The position numbers were made by a program, and so were the translations under genes. DNA of 64,000 bases, taken from the NCBI GenBank assembly GCA_963726315.1, contig CAVSBZ010000007.1:450435-514434 (forward strand). Direction: 5' to 3'. Below, one piece after another: positions 28,788 through 36,914 of the stretch. The notes below the pieces were generated by a model. The model saw only the letters and a list, made by a program, of their open reading frames with translations, ran no database searches and was not told where the DNA came from. The first letter of the stretch is position 1. Each line of letters opens with the position of its first letter. The DNA is from an uncultured Chloroflexia bacterium (GTDB lineage Bacteria > Chloroflexota > Anaerolineae > Anaerolineales > UBA4823).

Positions 28788-29660
28788 CTAGATCTCATCA
28801 GCGAAGGTCCGTTCCATATTGCGGAAGTAAACCAACCCGGTGATGAGCAGGATCACAGCAACTCCTGCTGAGACGGCAGTCACCTGCCATGGCAGGCCGT
28901 GGATGCCCAACAGACTCCAACGGAAACCTTCGACCACGCTGGTGAGGGGGTTGAGAGCATATAATATTTGCCATTTACCTGATACAGCCGAGGCAGAATA
29001 AACGATCGGGGTGAGGAAGAACCAGATTTGGGTCAAAAACGGGAGGATATGACCCACATCGCGGTAGATCACATTCATGGCTGATAACCACAGGCTGACA
29101 CCCAGGGTGGCGACCAGCGCCAGGAGGATGAATAGAGGCAAAGTGAGGATTGCTGGGGTGATCTGGTAGGTGTAGGTGGAGCTGGGTGCAAAATTATAGT
29201 ACAGGATGATCAAGATGTATACGATGAAGCCAATACCGAAATCTACCATGCCGGCCAGGACGGAAGCCACAGGGATGGTCAGGCGGGGAAAATAGATCTT
29301 GGTGATCATATTGCGGTTGGTTACCAGAGAGCGTCCGGCGTCATTCATCGCCTTGGAGAACAACCCCCAGGGTAAAAGTGCGGTGAAGTTGAAGATGGGA
29401 TAAGGCACGCCTTCTGAAGAAAAACCTGCGGCATTGGAAAAGATTAAGGTAAACACAACCATCTGGACGACGGGTTGGATCACTGCCCAGGCGGCACCTA
29501 ACACGGTCTGTTTATAGCGCACCAGGACATCGCGCCAGGTGAGGAAAAGAACCAGCTCACGGTAAACCCAGAGATCGCGCAGGTTCAATGCGGCCAGACC
29601 GTGCGTGGGTCGCAGGTAGGTCACATCTGAGCAGGGTTTGGAGAGCGGGTTGGTAGCCAT
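28788..29660 (-). CDS. wzm: ABC-2 type polysaccharide exporter permease (Wzm/TagG-like)
   Basis: LWVYRELVLFLTWRDVLVRYKQTVLGAAWAVIQP is the typical ABC-2 N-terminal motif; 6 TM pattern. Start set at ATG 29660 (MATNPL), after the fcl stop. Confidence 0.8.
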   Translation of the reverse strand: MATNPLSKPCSDVTYLRPTHGLAALNLRDLWVYRELVLFLTWRDVLVRYKQTVLGAAWAVIQPVVQMVVFTLIFSNAAGFSSEGVPYPIFNFTALLPWGLFSKAMNDAGRSLVTNRNMITKIYFPRLTIPVASVLAGMVDFGIGFIVYILIILYYNFAPSSTYTYQITPAILTLPLFILLALVATLGVSLWLSAMNVIYRDVGHILPFLTQIWFFLTPIVYSASAVSGKWQILYALNPLTSVVEGFRWSLLGIHGLPWQVTAVSAGVAVILLITGLVYFRNMERTFADEI

Positions 29661-29670
29661 GGATGAGCGA

Positions 29671-30633
29671 TTAGACCTTCCGGTTTTCCCGGTACCAGGC
29701 GATCGTCCGGCGTAAACCTTCTTCAAAATTTACGCTTGCGCGCCAACCGAAATATTCAGCTGCACGACTGGTATCCAAGGCACGGCGAGGCTGCCCGTTC
29801 GGCTTGGTGGTATCCCATACCAACCGGCCTTCATAACCGGTCAGGTGGGTAATCAGCTCTGCCAGGTGTTTGATACTGATCTCTTGCCCGGAACCGATAT
29901 TGACCGGCTCACTGCCATCATAAAATTCAGAGGCAGATAGAATCCCTTCTGCCGCGTCGCCAACGTAGATGAACTCACGGGTTGGGGACCCATCTCCCCA
30001 CAACACAACTTCCTTGTCGCCACGCTCCTGCGCTTCGATGCATTTCCGCACCAGGGCAGGGATGACGTGGGAAGTCTCGAGGTTGAAATTGTCCCCGGGT
30101 CCATATAGATTGACTGGTAGCAGGTAGATGGCATTGAAACCGTACTGTTGGCGGTAAGCTTGAGCCTGGACGAGGAGCATTTTCTTTGCCAGCCCGTACG
30201 GAGCGTTGGTTTCCTCTGGGTAACCATCCCATAAATTTTCTTCCTTGAAAGGAACGGGGGTGAACTTGGGGTAGGCACAGACCGTGCCGATGGCAACGAA
30301 CTTGGATACCCCGCGCTTCCAGGCTTCGTGCATCAGCTGCACACCCATCATCAGGTTAATATAGAAAAAATCGGCTGGTCTCGCCCGGTTGGCACCAATC
30401 CCCCCTGCCAGGGCCGCCAGGTGGATGAGCAGGTCTGGCTGGGCAACATCCAGCATCCGTTGGATATCAGCGGGATTAACCAGGTCGTATTCTTCAATCC
30501 GGGGAACAAAGATATCCGTGGCTCCACGCTGTGCTAGTGCTTTGAGAATGAAGGAGCCTAAGAAACCTGCCCCACCAGTGACGCAAATGCGTTTATTATG
30601 CCAGAACTTTGGATCAGATTGATACGCCATCAT
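29671..30633 (-). CDS. fcl: GDP-L-fucose synthase (GDP-4-keto-6-deoxymannose 3,5-epimerase/4-reductase)
   Basis: [51 protein letters not shown] are patterns typical of Fcl/WcaG. Confidence 0.8.
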   Translation of the reverse strand: MMAYQSDPKFWHNKRICVTGGAGFLGSFILKALAQRGATDIFVPRIEEYDLVNPADIQRMLDVAQPDLLIHLAALAGGIGANRARPADFFYINLMMGVQLMHEAWKRGVSKFVAIGTVCAYPKFTPVPFKEENLWDGYPEETNAPYGLAKKMLLVQAQAYRQQYGFNAIYLLPVNLYGPGDNFNLETSHVIPALVRKCIEAQERGDKEVVLWGDGSPTREFIYVGDAAEGILSASEFYDGSEPVNIGSGQEISIKHLAELITHLTGYEGRLVWDTTKPNGQPRRALDTSRAAEYFGWRASVNFEEGLRRTIAWYRENRKV

Positions 30634-30671
30634 GACTCCTAATCTTGTGGTTCACCCGCCTTGCTGTGAGC

Positions 30672-31712
30672 TTATTGGACGATAAATTGGGCATTCCGGT
30701 AACGCTGATCGTGGGGGTTGCTGATCAAACCTGTTCGGATGGCATGCAGCACTTCACGGATGCCGTCGTCGGGTGTAAGGCGTGTCTGGAATCCCAGGTT
30801 GCGTTGAACTTTTTCGTACGAAACAGTGATGTCCCGCATATCCCCTCCGAAGGTCATGTCCTTATAATTGACCACGGTCTCAGGCATACGCTTGAGAACC
30901 ATCCCAACGATTTGATCCTTGGTATAGTTACCGTTATCGGAACCCAGGTTATAAATCTCGCAACGGACCTTCTCATCGGGTGCCTGCAATCCCAGGACGA
31001 TCCCTCGCACCGCATCGTTGATGTGAATAAAGGAGCGTGAATATCCACGCTGGTAGATGAGCAGCTCGCGTTTTGTATACGCATCCAAAACGAACTGGTT
31101 GATGATCAGGTCAAACCGGGGGCGGGGAGAAATGCCATACAGGGTTGCCAGGCGGTAGATCAAAGGCGCACAAGCTGAATCACTCTGTGCCAGCAGGAAG
31201 CGTTCAGCTGCAATTTTCGTCTCTGCATACAGAGATTGCGGGGTAAGAGGTGTGGTTTCGGTGACAGGTTGACCATCGGGCGAGAGACCGTAATTACTGT
31301 AGGACGACGCATACACCACTCGTTCCATCCTCAATTGGACAGCCTGCTCGTAAACGCGTTCGGTGGCCTCAACGTTATAGCGCCAGGCAACTTGTCTCCC
31401 AACCGACTGGCAGGCTGGGAAGCCCACAATGGCAGCCAGGTGAACCAGAGCGGAAGGTTTATCCCAGTCTGAGCGCAGGCTGGTGCGCATGATGCGCGGC
31501 TCGATCACATTCGCCTTGACGAAGTGGAAATTCGGGTGAGCCAGGTAAGCCATCAGCGATTCACCCCCATAAATAAGGTCGTCAATTACTGTGACCTTCA
31601 TCCCAAGGCGCAGCAGCTCACCGGTCAATAAAGAGCCGATATATCCTGCTCCACCAGTGATAACGACATGTTTTAGTTGAGCTGGCTGCATATACGTCTC
31701 TCCTTGGTTCAC
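30672..31712 (-). CDS. NAD-dependent nucleotide-sugar epimerase/dehydratase (extended SDR)
   Basis: VVITGGAGYIGS, SSYSNYG, YAETKIAAE (Y-x3-K); substrate not assignable. Confidence 0.75.
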   Translation of the reverse strand: MNQGETYMQPAQLKHVVITGGAGYIGSLLTGELLRLGMKVTVIDDLIYGGESLMAYLAHPNFHFVKANVIEPRIMRTSLRSDWDKPSALVHLAAIVGFPACQSVGRQVAWRYNVEATERVYEQAVQLRMERVVYASSYSNYGLSPDGQPVTETTPLTPQSLYAETKIAAERFLLAQSDSACAPLIYRLATLYGISPRPRFDLIINQFVLDAYTKRELLIYQRGYSRSFIHINDAVRGIVLGLQAPDEKVRCEIYNLGSDNGNYTKDQIVGMVLKRMPETVVNYKDMTFGGDMRDITVSYEKVQRNLGFQTRLTPDDGIREVLHAIRTGLISNPHDQRYRNAQFIVQ

Positions 31713-32221
31713 ACCTTCACCTCCATCTGCAGGGTGACCTTTACCCCATGAACGATCAAGGTCGGGTCGGATGGGTCAGGGCTGATCTTGACACCCTGCT
31801 CCAGGCAGGTCAGGCGGCATATGTCGACGATATCATTGGTCTGGCTCGCGCCGTTGGGGTCCTCGAGGCTGGTCTCAGATTCGATATGGACACAATCGTA
31901 CCCGCCATGCTTGAGCTCGACCAGGAGCTCACGCACCCGTTTACGGATGTTGCGGTAGAGAAGGAAGGATTGTTCTATATAATCGATGGTCAGGTGGGCT
32001 CTGAATGCGATGCCTTCAGGGGTGATGATATAGCGTAGTTTACGCCTTTCAGCGCGCTTTACCTTGACATAGCCTTTGGCTATCATGCGCTTAATGTGCC
32101 AGTTCACCGTGCCTACTGCCACGCCCAGCTGGGTTGCCAGCGAGGCTTGAGTGACATCTGGATCGTTCTCGATCTTTTCGAGAAGGATCATTTCACGGGT
32201 GGCTTCAGGGTTTTCTGCCAT
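31709..32221 (-). CDS. Winged-helix (MarR-like, EPS-associated) transcriptional regulator
   Basis: N-terminal ILLEKIENDPDVTQASLATQLGVAVGTVNWHIKRMIAKGYVKVKRAERRKLRYIITPEG is a wHTH. It is the first gene after a 139-nt spacer, with a 4-nt overlap with the next gene. Confidence 0.65.
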   Translation of the reverse strand: MAENPEATREMILLEKIENDPDVTQASLATQLGVAVGTVNWHIKRMIAKGYVKVKRAERRKLRYIITPEGIAFRAHLTIDYIEQSFLLYRNIRKRVRELLVELKHGGYDCVHIESETSLEDPNGASQTNDIVDICRLTCLEQGVKISPDPSDPTLIVHGVKVTLQMEVKV

Positions 32222-32262
32222 TAGATGATCAGGGATTTTGGAGTCAGCTATTGCGGATTAAA

Positions 32263-32302
32263 TCAATATTCAGTGACTGAAATTCAATGACTGAATTATA
32301 AC
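32263..32302 (-). promoter_or_regulatory. Candidate promoter/operator: TATAAT (32300..32295) followed by two tandem palindromes
   Basis: Minus strand reads GTTATAATTCAGTCATTGAATTTCAGTCACTGAATATTGA. Palindromes are AATTCA-N5-TGAATT (32281..32297) and TTCAG-N3-CTGAA (32269..32281). 20 nt are identical to 50883..50902. Confidence 0.45.
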
Positions 32303-32360
32303 TCATATTTACCAATTATGGGATGGACCGTGGATAAATCACTTGTGGGACGAAGAGCGA

Positions 32361-32999
32361 TCAAACTTTATCAAAATTGCCTACGATACGCAGGATGTCG
32401 AACCCTTCGGCAAAGGGTCGCTCTGCCAGGGCGCCATGGCGGATCAGTGTGGCACGCAGCACATCGTGGCTAAAATAATATTTATCGTCGTAGGTGGTGT
32501 ACTCTGCCAGCGCATTTATTTTTCGTTCGACATCCTCAGCTGTCACTTCCACCAGAAAGTGGGGGAAGAACCCGTAACTGCTGCGCAAGGCGTCAAACCC
32601 CAAGACGGTAGTACCGCGGAAAGCACGCAATACTTCTTCCGTAGTCTGCTGGTGATCCTGGTGGATATCGGCGCGCGAATGGGTGATGACGATATCGGGT
32701 TGATACTCGTGGTTGAGCTTATACAAGTATTCCAGGATTTCCTGGCGCAGCTCAGGGAAACGGCGGGTGACGAACGATTTCAGCTTTACATGCTCTCTTG
32801 TCACCCCCAAGACGGACATACTGCGGAAATGCTCATCCACCACGTGGGCGAGGGCAGGGTTCTTTTGGTTATCGGACAGGGTGACGCACAAGATATCCGT
32901 TTTGCCGATGATATTGGAGATAAATGCACCGCAGCCCAGCTCAATATCATCCGGGTGGGCTCCAATGAAACATACTTTTTTACCGTGGAAGAGCATCAT
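32361..32999 (-). CDS. PIG-L/LmbE-family deacetylase
   Basis: FIGAHPDDIELGCG and HSRADIHQDH motifs. Start ATG 32999 forms an ATGA overlap with the upstream stop. Confidence 0.8.
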   Translation of the reverse strand: MMLFHGKKVCFIGAHPDDIELGCGAFISNIIGKTDILCVTLSDNQKNPALAHVVDEHFRSMSVLGVTREHVKLKSFVTRRFPELRQEILEYLYKLNHEYQPDIVITHSRADIHQDHQQTTEEVLRAFRGTTVLGFDALRSSYGFFPHFLVEVTAEDVERKINALAEYTTYDDKYYFSHDVLRATLIRHGALAERPFAEGFDILRIVGNFDKV

Positions 33000-34291
33000 A
33001 ATCCGTCCTTTTCGAGAAGAATCCGGTAAGGGAATATCGGCGAAACCAACCGGCGGATAAAAATCCAAATCTGTTTTAGCAAGGTGCGAAAGCTTCTGTA
33101 GCGCAGTGTATAGAGCCCTCTTTGGAGGAGGGTGGGGTACCGTTCTTGGTCAGCGCTGCTCCAAAAATCTTGTGGTGATTTCTCAGGTGAGAATATCGTA
33201 TCCTGGTTTAGATGCCGAAATATATATTTATTAGCCGTGATCAGGTTCAGGGTGTCTACAAGCTGGGCTGCCCGTACCCCAGGATGGTAGCGCTGCAAGA
33301 CGTCCTGGTAGGCTTCAGCACCCAGGTCTTTCCGATTTTTTGCATCTTCAGTCAAAGACTCAAGGTAATCTGTCCAGTCCTGCACATTATTTGCCAGATA
33401 GCCATTCTCTCCCTGCCGGATGGCTGTGGAATATGAATCGCTGGGACTGGCGATGGAGGGTACTCGCAGGAGAGCTGCCTCTACGTATTTAATCTCGCTT
33501 TTGGATTGTCCAAAAGGGTTATTGGTCTCGAGCGGTGCCAGGTTTATATCAAACCTGACCAGGATCGACGGCAGATGGCGCCACGGCATAAAACTAAACT
33601 TTTTTATTCGACTCGACAGATCACCCCAATTACTACCAGGGTCAAGGTGACCTACCAGCCACAGCTCTACAACAGGATGCCTCGTCAGGCAAGCCTGCAA
33701 CGCCGGTGCGATCAAAGCAAAATCGAGGTCGTGGGTGGGCGTGCCACTGGCATACCCGATCACAACTCTGCCTGGGTCCGTTTTCCGCGACATAAAAGCT
33801 CGCTCAGCCAGGTTCAGCATTTCCAGGCTGAAGGCATTGCGGTGAATGTAAGCAGGTTTCCCAAGCTGACGGACTGCATTTGCCAGGAACTCACAGGAGG
33901 TAATGACCGCATCACTGACTTCCATGGTTTTCCGGCAGAGGCGGATATCTTCCTGGTATAAGGACCGCCGGACAGGGTCTGCGAAATCGGGACTATGAAT
34001 AAATCTGACAGCCTGAGGGTCGAATACAAGGTCGTCAAGATCATTGATCAAAACCCCACCCTTCTGGTGGATGACTTTCTCAATCCACGCTATTTGACTG
34101 TCATACGAAGCACGATGGATTATGACTACCGAGGCCCGGTTTACTTTTTCCCGCAGCCCAGGATCAGTCACGTGTGATAGCTCGCAGCTCAAACCCGCCA
34201 GGCGCGCCTGTTCGAACAAATGAAATGTGCGGTAGCGCCGCGGGTCATCCTGGACGCCGCTTAGAATGAGCAGTGTTGGTTCAACAATCAT
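32996..34291 (-). CDS. GT-B-fold glycosyltransferase-like protein (uncharacterised family)
   Basis: VIGYASGTPTHDLDFALIAPAL...INLAPLETNNPFGQSKSEIKYVEAALLRVPSIAS...GENGYLA. Paralogous to 34339..35412. Confidence 0.5.
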   Translation of the reverse strand: MIVEPTLLILSGVQDDPRRYRTFHLFEQARLAGLSCELSHVTDPGLREKVNRASVVIIHRASYDSQIAWIEKVIHQKGGVLINDLDDLVFDPQAVRFIHSPDFADPVRRSLYQEDIRLCRKTMEVSDAVITSCEFLANAVRQLGKPAYIHRNAFSLEMLNLAERAFMSRKTDPGRVVIGYASGTPTHDLDFALIAPALQACLTRHPVVELWLVGHLDPGSNWGDLSSRIKKFSFMPWRHLPSILVRFDINLAPLETNNPFGQSKSEIKYVEAALLRVPSIASPSDSYSTAIRQGENGYLANNVQDWTDYLESLTEDAKNRKDLGAEAYQDVLQRYHPGVRAAQLVDTLNLITANKYIFRHLNQDTIFSPEKSPQDFWSSADQERYPTLLQRGLYTLRYRSFRTLLKQIWIFIRRLVSPIFPYRILLEKDGL

Positions 34292-34338
34292 CTTCAGGAT
34301 CCAAATAATGCCTCAAAAGCATTTATTCACACGCCAGG

Positions 34339-35412
34339 TCATAATTTTCGCATCAGCTCGACCCAATCGATTGCGTGTTGCGCCAGGGTGCGTTGGGTAT
34401 ATAAATAACGGGTCGCGTTTTGGGCAATATTCAAGCGCAGGGTGGGGTCATTGATCAAGCAATCCAGCGCTTCCTCCCAGGCTTCGGGGGTGTTCGCTGC
34501 CAGCCAGCCATTGTGCTTGTGCTGCACAGTGGATGAATAAGCAGGAGATTGACTGAATATTCCGGCTGCACCGATGGAGGCGTAGTCCAGGAATTTGATA
34601 TCCGACTTGCAGTTGTTGAAGGGGGTATTTTCCAGTGGAGAGATGGCGATATCCCAATGAATTTGCCCGGTAAACCAGAGCATGAACAGCGGGTATTCGT
34701 TTTCCTCAGGTCTGGGATAAAAGTAGCGAACAGGCAGTCCTTCCAACTGTTCTTTAGTTGCTTGATTATTCACCACACCTACCACCTGAATTTCGATCCG
34801 ACCGGGGTTGCGTTGGTGTATTGATTTGAGCGCTGGCAAAACCAGCTTGAAGTCTTCATCATGGGTGAAAGTGCCCATGTAACCGATCACAATCCGCTTA
34901 TGGTCCAACCTGAGATTTTTATCGCCGGGAAAGCGTGGGATCATCAAGCGCTCATCCAGCTGGTTTGGCAGGACTTGGATATTTGAGTTGAATTCCAACA
35001 GTCGCTGGCGCAGTGCCGGAGTGGTGACCAGCACCGCATCTGCCTGGCGCAGCAAAAAAATGATCACCGGTAGAATTTCGCTGATAGGTCGGGAGTGCTC
35101 ATAAAACGCCAGGTCGAAGTAATCATCGTCGATGCAATAAACGATCCGGCTGCCCCGGAGGTGAATCCTGTTGACCAGCTCTTCTGCCAACGGTAAGGCG
35201 ATATCAAATCTCCACAGGCGATCGATGAGAACCAGATCAGCTGGCTCGTTATTGTAGTCCAACCCAAACGTGGTATCGAGATGAGCCTGCACCTGAGGAT
35301 GGGACAACGGGCGGATTAAGCGCAAGAAAGAGCTGGAATATGGTCGGTAATCCGGTCCATATTCATAAATCACATGAATGCGCCGCTTGTTGGGTTGAAT
35401 GGGATCAGTCAT
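34339..35412 (-). CDS. GT-B-fold glycosyltransferase-like protein, paralog of 32996..34291
   Basis: VIGYMGTFTHDEDFKLVLPAL...ISPLENTPFNNCKSDIKFLDYASIGAAGIFS...HNGWLA. Confidence 0.5.
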   Translation of the reverse strand: MTDPIQPNKRRIHVIYEYGPDYRPYSSSFLRLIRPLSHPQVQAHLDTTFGLDYNNEPADLVLIDRLWRFDIALPLAEELVNRIHLRGSRIVYCIDDDYFDLAFYEHSRPISEILPVIIFLLRQADAVLVTTPALRQRLLEFNSNIQVLPNQLDERLMIPRFPGDKNLRLDHKRIVIGYMGTFTHDEDFKLVLPALKSIHQRNPGRIEIQVVGVVNNQATKEQLEGLPVRYFYPRPEENEYPLFMLWFTGQIHWDIAISPLENTPFNNCKSDIKFLDYASIGAAGIFSQSPAYSSTVQHKHNGWLAANTPEAWEEALDCLINDPTLRLNIAQNATRYLYTQRTLAQHAIDWVELMRKL

Positions 35413-36914
35413 TTATCCCCCCGGAAAAGCACTTTAAGTATATTGAAAGCTGGTGCTTCCGCATATAAGCGGGCAGCAGCAGAAACGGCATTCTTTTGAA
35501 GCATCAGACGGAGCGCATCGTCTTCGATTAACCGCTGGAGTGCTCTAAAACTGGCTTCCTGGTCATGAGTATCTACCACCAGGCAGTTCTGCTCATTTTG
35601 GGCATAATCCTGCGTGCCACCATTCGCCGGGGCGATCACCGCCAATCCGGTGGCCATGGCTTCCACGGCAGTCAGCCCGAATGCCTGGAAATCTGAAAAA
35701 TCCACAAAGATATCGGCTTCATTGAACAAATTTACTACCTGGGTTGAGCGCAGCTGCCCGGCGAGCTGCCAAACGAAGTCTTGCTCGAGGGAGGCAAAGC
35801 CTGGGTCTGTGGAATCACAGCCGAACAACCTGATTTGCACCCTGGAGGGGTACATTTCGCTGGCTCGCCGCAGGATCGCCATGGTCAGTTTTGGGTTCCG
35901 CCGAGAAGTAGCCGGACGGATCATGGCAGTGATCCTTAAAGGACGGTCTGGCCAGGAAGGGTCGGTGCGCGGGTGTGGTCGGAATAGGTCTGTATCGATG
36001 TGCCCGCCAACGATGGCGCTTTGAATGTGGTGATGGAGCTGGATTTGTTCGGAAATCCACGCAGTGGTCACCATACGCAGCAGGTTTTGGGTCAGGGTGT
36101 AAGAGGCGGTGGCTTTCTGGAATTCGTGCGAATCCGGCGGGTAGAAATACGGTTCATAATCCTGGATGTAATATCCAAGCTTCAAATCAGGTAATTTTTC
36201 CGCTGCTGGAGCAATCCAGGCGACGGTTGGGTTGGAAGTGGCGATGACGGCATCGAAATTGGCAGCCAAGCGGGGAATATCCTCAACGTCGGCAAAAACC
36301 ACCGGCAGCTTGAGATCGGGATAATTCTTTTCGAACCAGGAGCGGTGAACATTCAGGTTCATGATCTGGGCATCGACGCCCATGCGCTGCATTGCCCTGG
36401 CTACCAGGATAATTGAATTGGCACCACCGCCCAATACGCGGATCGGTGAAACGAACAACACCCGCCGGTTTCGAAAGAGGGCGCGACCCTGTTCAACCAG
36501 CCTCTGGCGCTCAATGAAATTTTGATTATGGCTGGTGAGACCCGTTTGGACCAGCTCAGCGTGGTACCCGGAAGCCGGTGTGAATTCGGGAAATAGTGCC
36601 TGTCCTTTTTGCTCGAGAGGTGGGGTAAGGTGAATATCCTCCACCTTTAGAAATTGGCCCCGCCCACGCGTCACCAGTTTCCTGCGTATTGCCTGGTAGG
36701 CGCCCCGAGTTTGCCAGCTGATGAATTGGTATAAGCGTTTGAGAAAAAATACCATCCCATCCTGGCGAATGATAGTGAATCCATAACGAATATGGCGGAT
36801 GGCTGACTCCAACCGGCTGACTGGAGCAATATTAGTGTCAACAGGTCGCCTGGTCTCATTCATGACGAGGGAAAAATCCAATCGCTGAAGATATTCCTCC
36901 AGGAAATGACCCAA
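35409..36914 (-). CDS. GT-B (GT4-like) glycosyltransferase; shortest member of a three-gene paralog series
   Basis: RVLFVSPIRVLGGGANSIILVARAMQRMGVDAQIMNL...GYYIQDYEPYFY...DTDLFRP...AFGLTAVEAMATGLAVIAP is colinear with the C-terminal ~370 aa of the next two genes. Start uncertain (TTG 36914 or ATG 36863). Confidence 0.7.
   Translation of the reverse strand: MGHFLEEYLQRLDFSLVMNETRRPVDTNIAPVSRLESAIRHIRYGFTIIRQDGMVFFLKRLYQFISWQTRGAYQAIRRKLVTRGRGQFLKVEDIHLTPPLEQKGQALFPEFTPASGYHAELVQTGLTSHNQNFIERQRLVEQGRALFRNRRVLFVSPIRVLGGGANSIILVARAMQRMGVDAQIMNLNVHRSWFEKNYPDLKLPVVFADVEDIPRLAANFDAVIATSNPTVAWIAPAAEKLPDLKLGYYIQDYEPYFYPPDSHEFQKATASYTLTQNLLRMVTTAWISEQIQLHHHIQSAIVGGHIDTDLFRPHPRTDPSWPDRPLRITAMIRPATSRRNPKLTMAILRRASEMYPSRVQIRLFGCDSTDPGFASLEQDFVWQLAGQLRSTQVVNLFNEADIFVDFSDFQAFGLTAVEAMATGLAVIAPANGGTQDYAQNEQNCLVVDTHDQEASFRALQRLIEDDALRLMLQKNAVSAAARLYAEAPAFNILKVLFRGDK

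Noticed and set aside
32343-33029. 228-aa plus-strand ORF antisense to the PIG-L deacetylase gene
   Set aside because: The minus-strand frame carries clear PIG-L motifs (HPDDIELGCG, HQDH) and an ATGA coupling to the upstream gene. The plus-strand product has no recognisable features.
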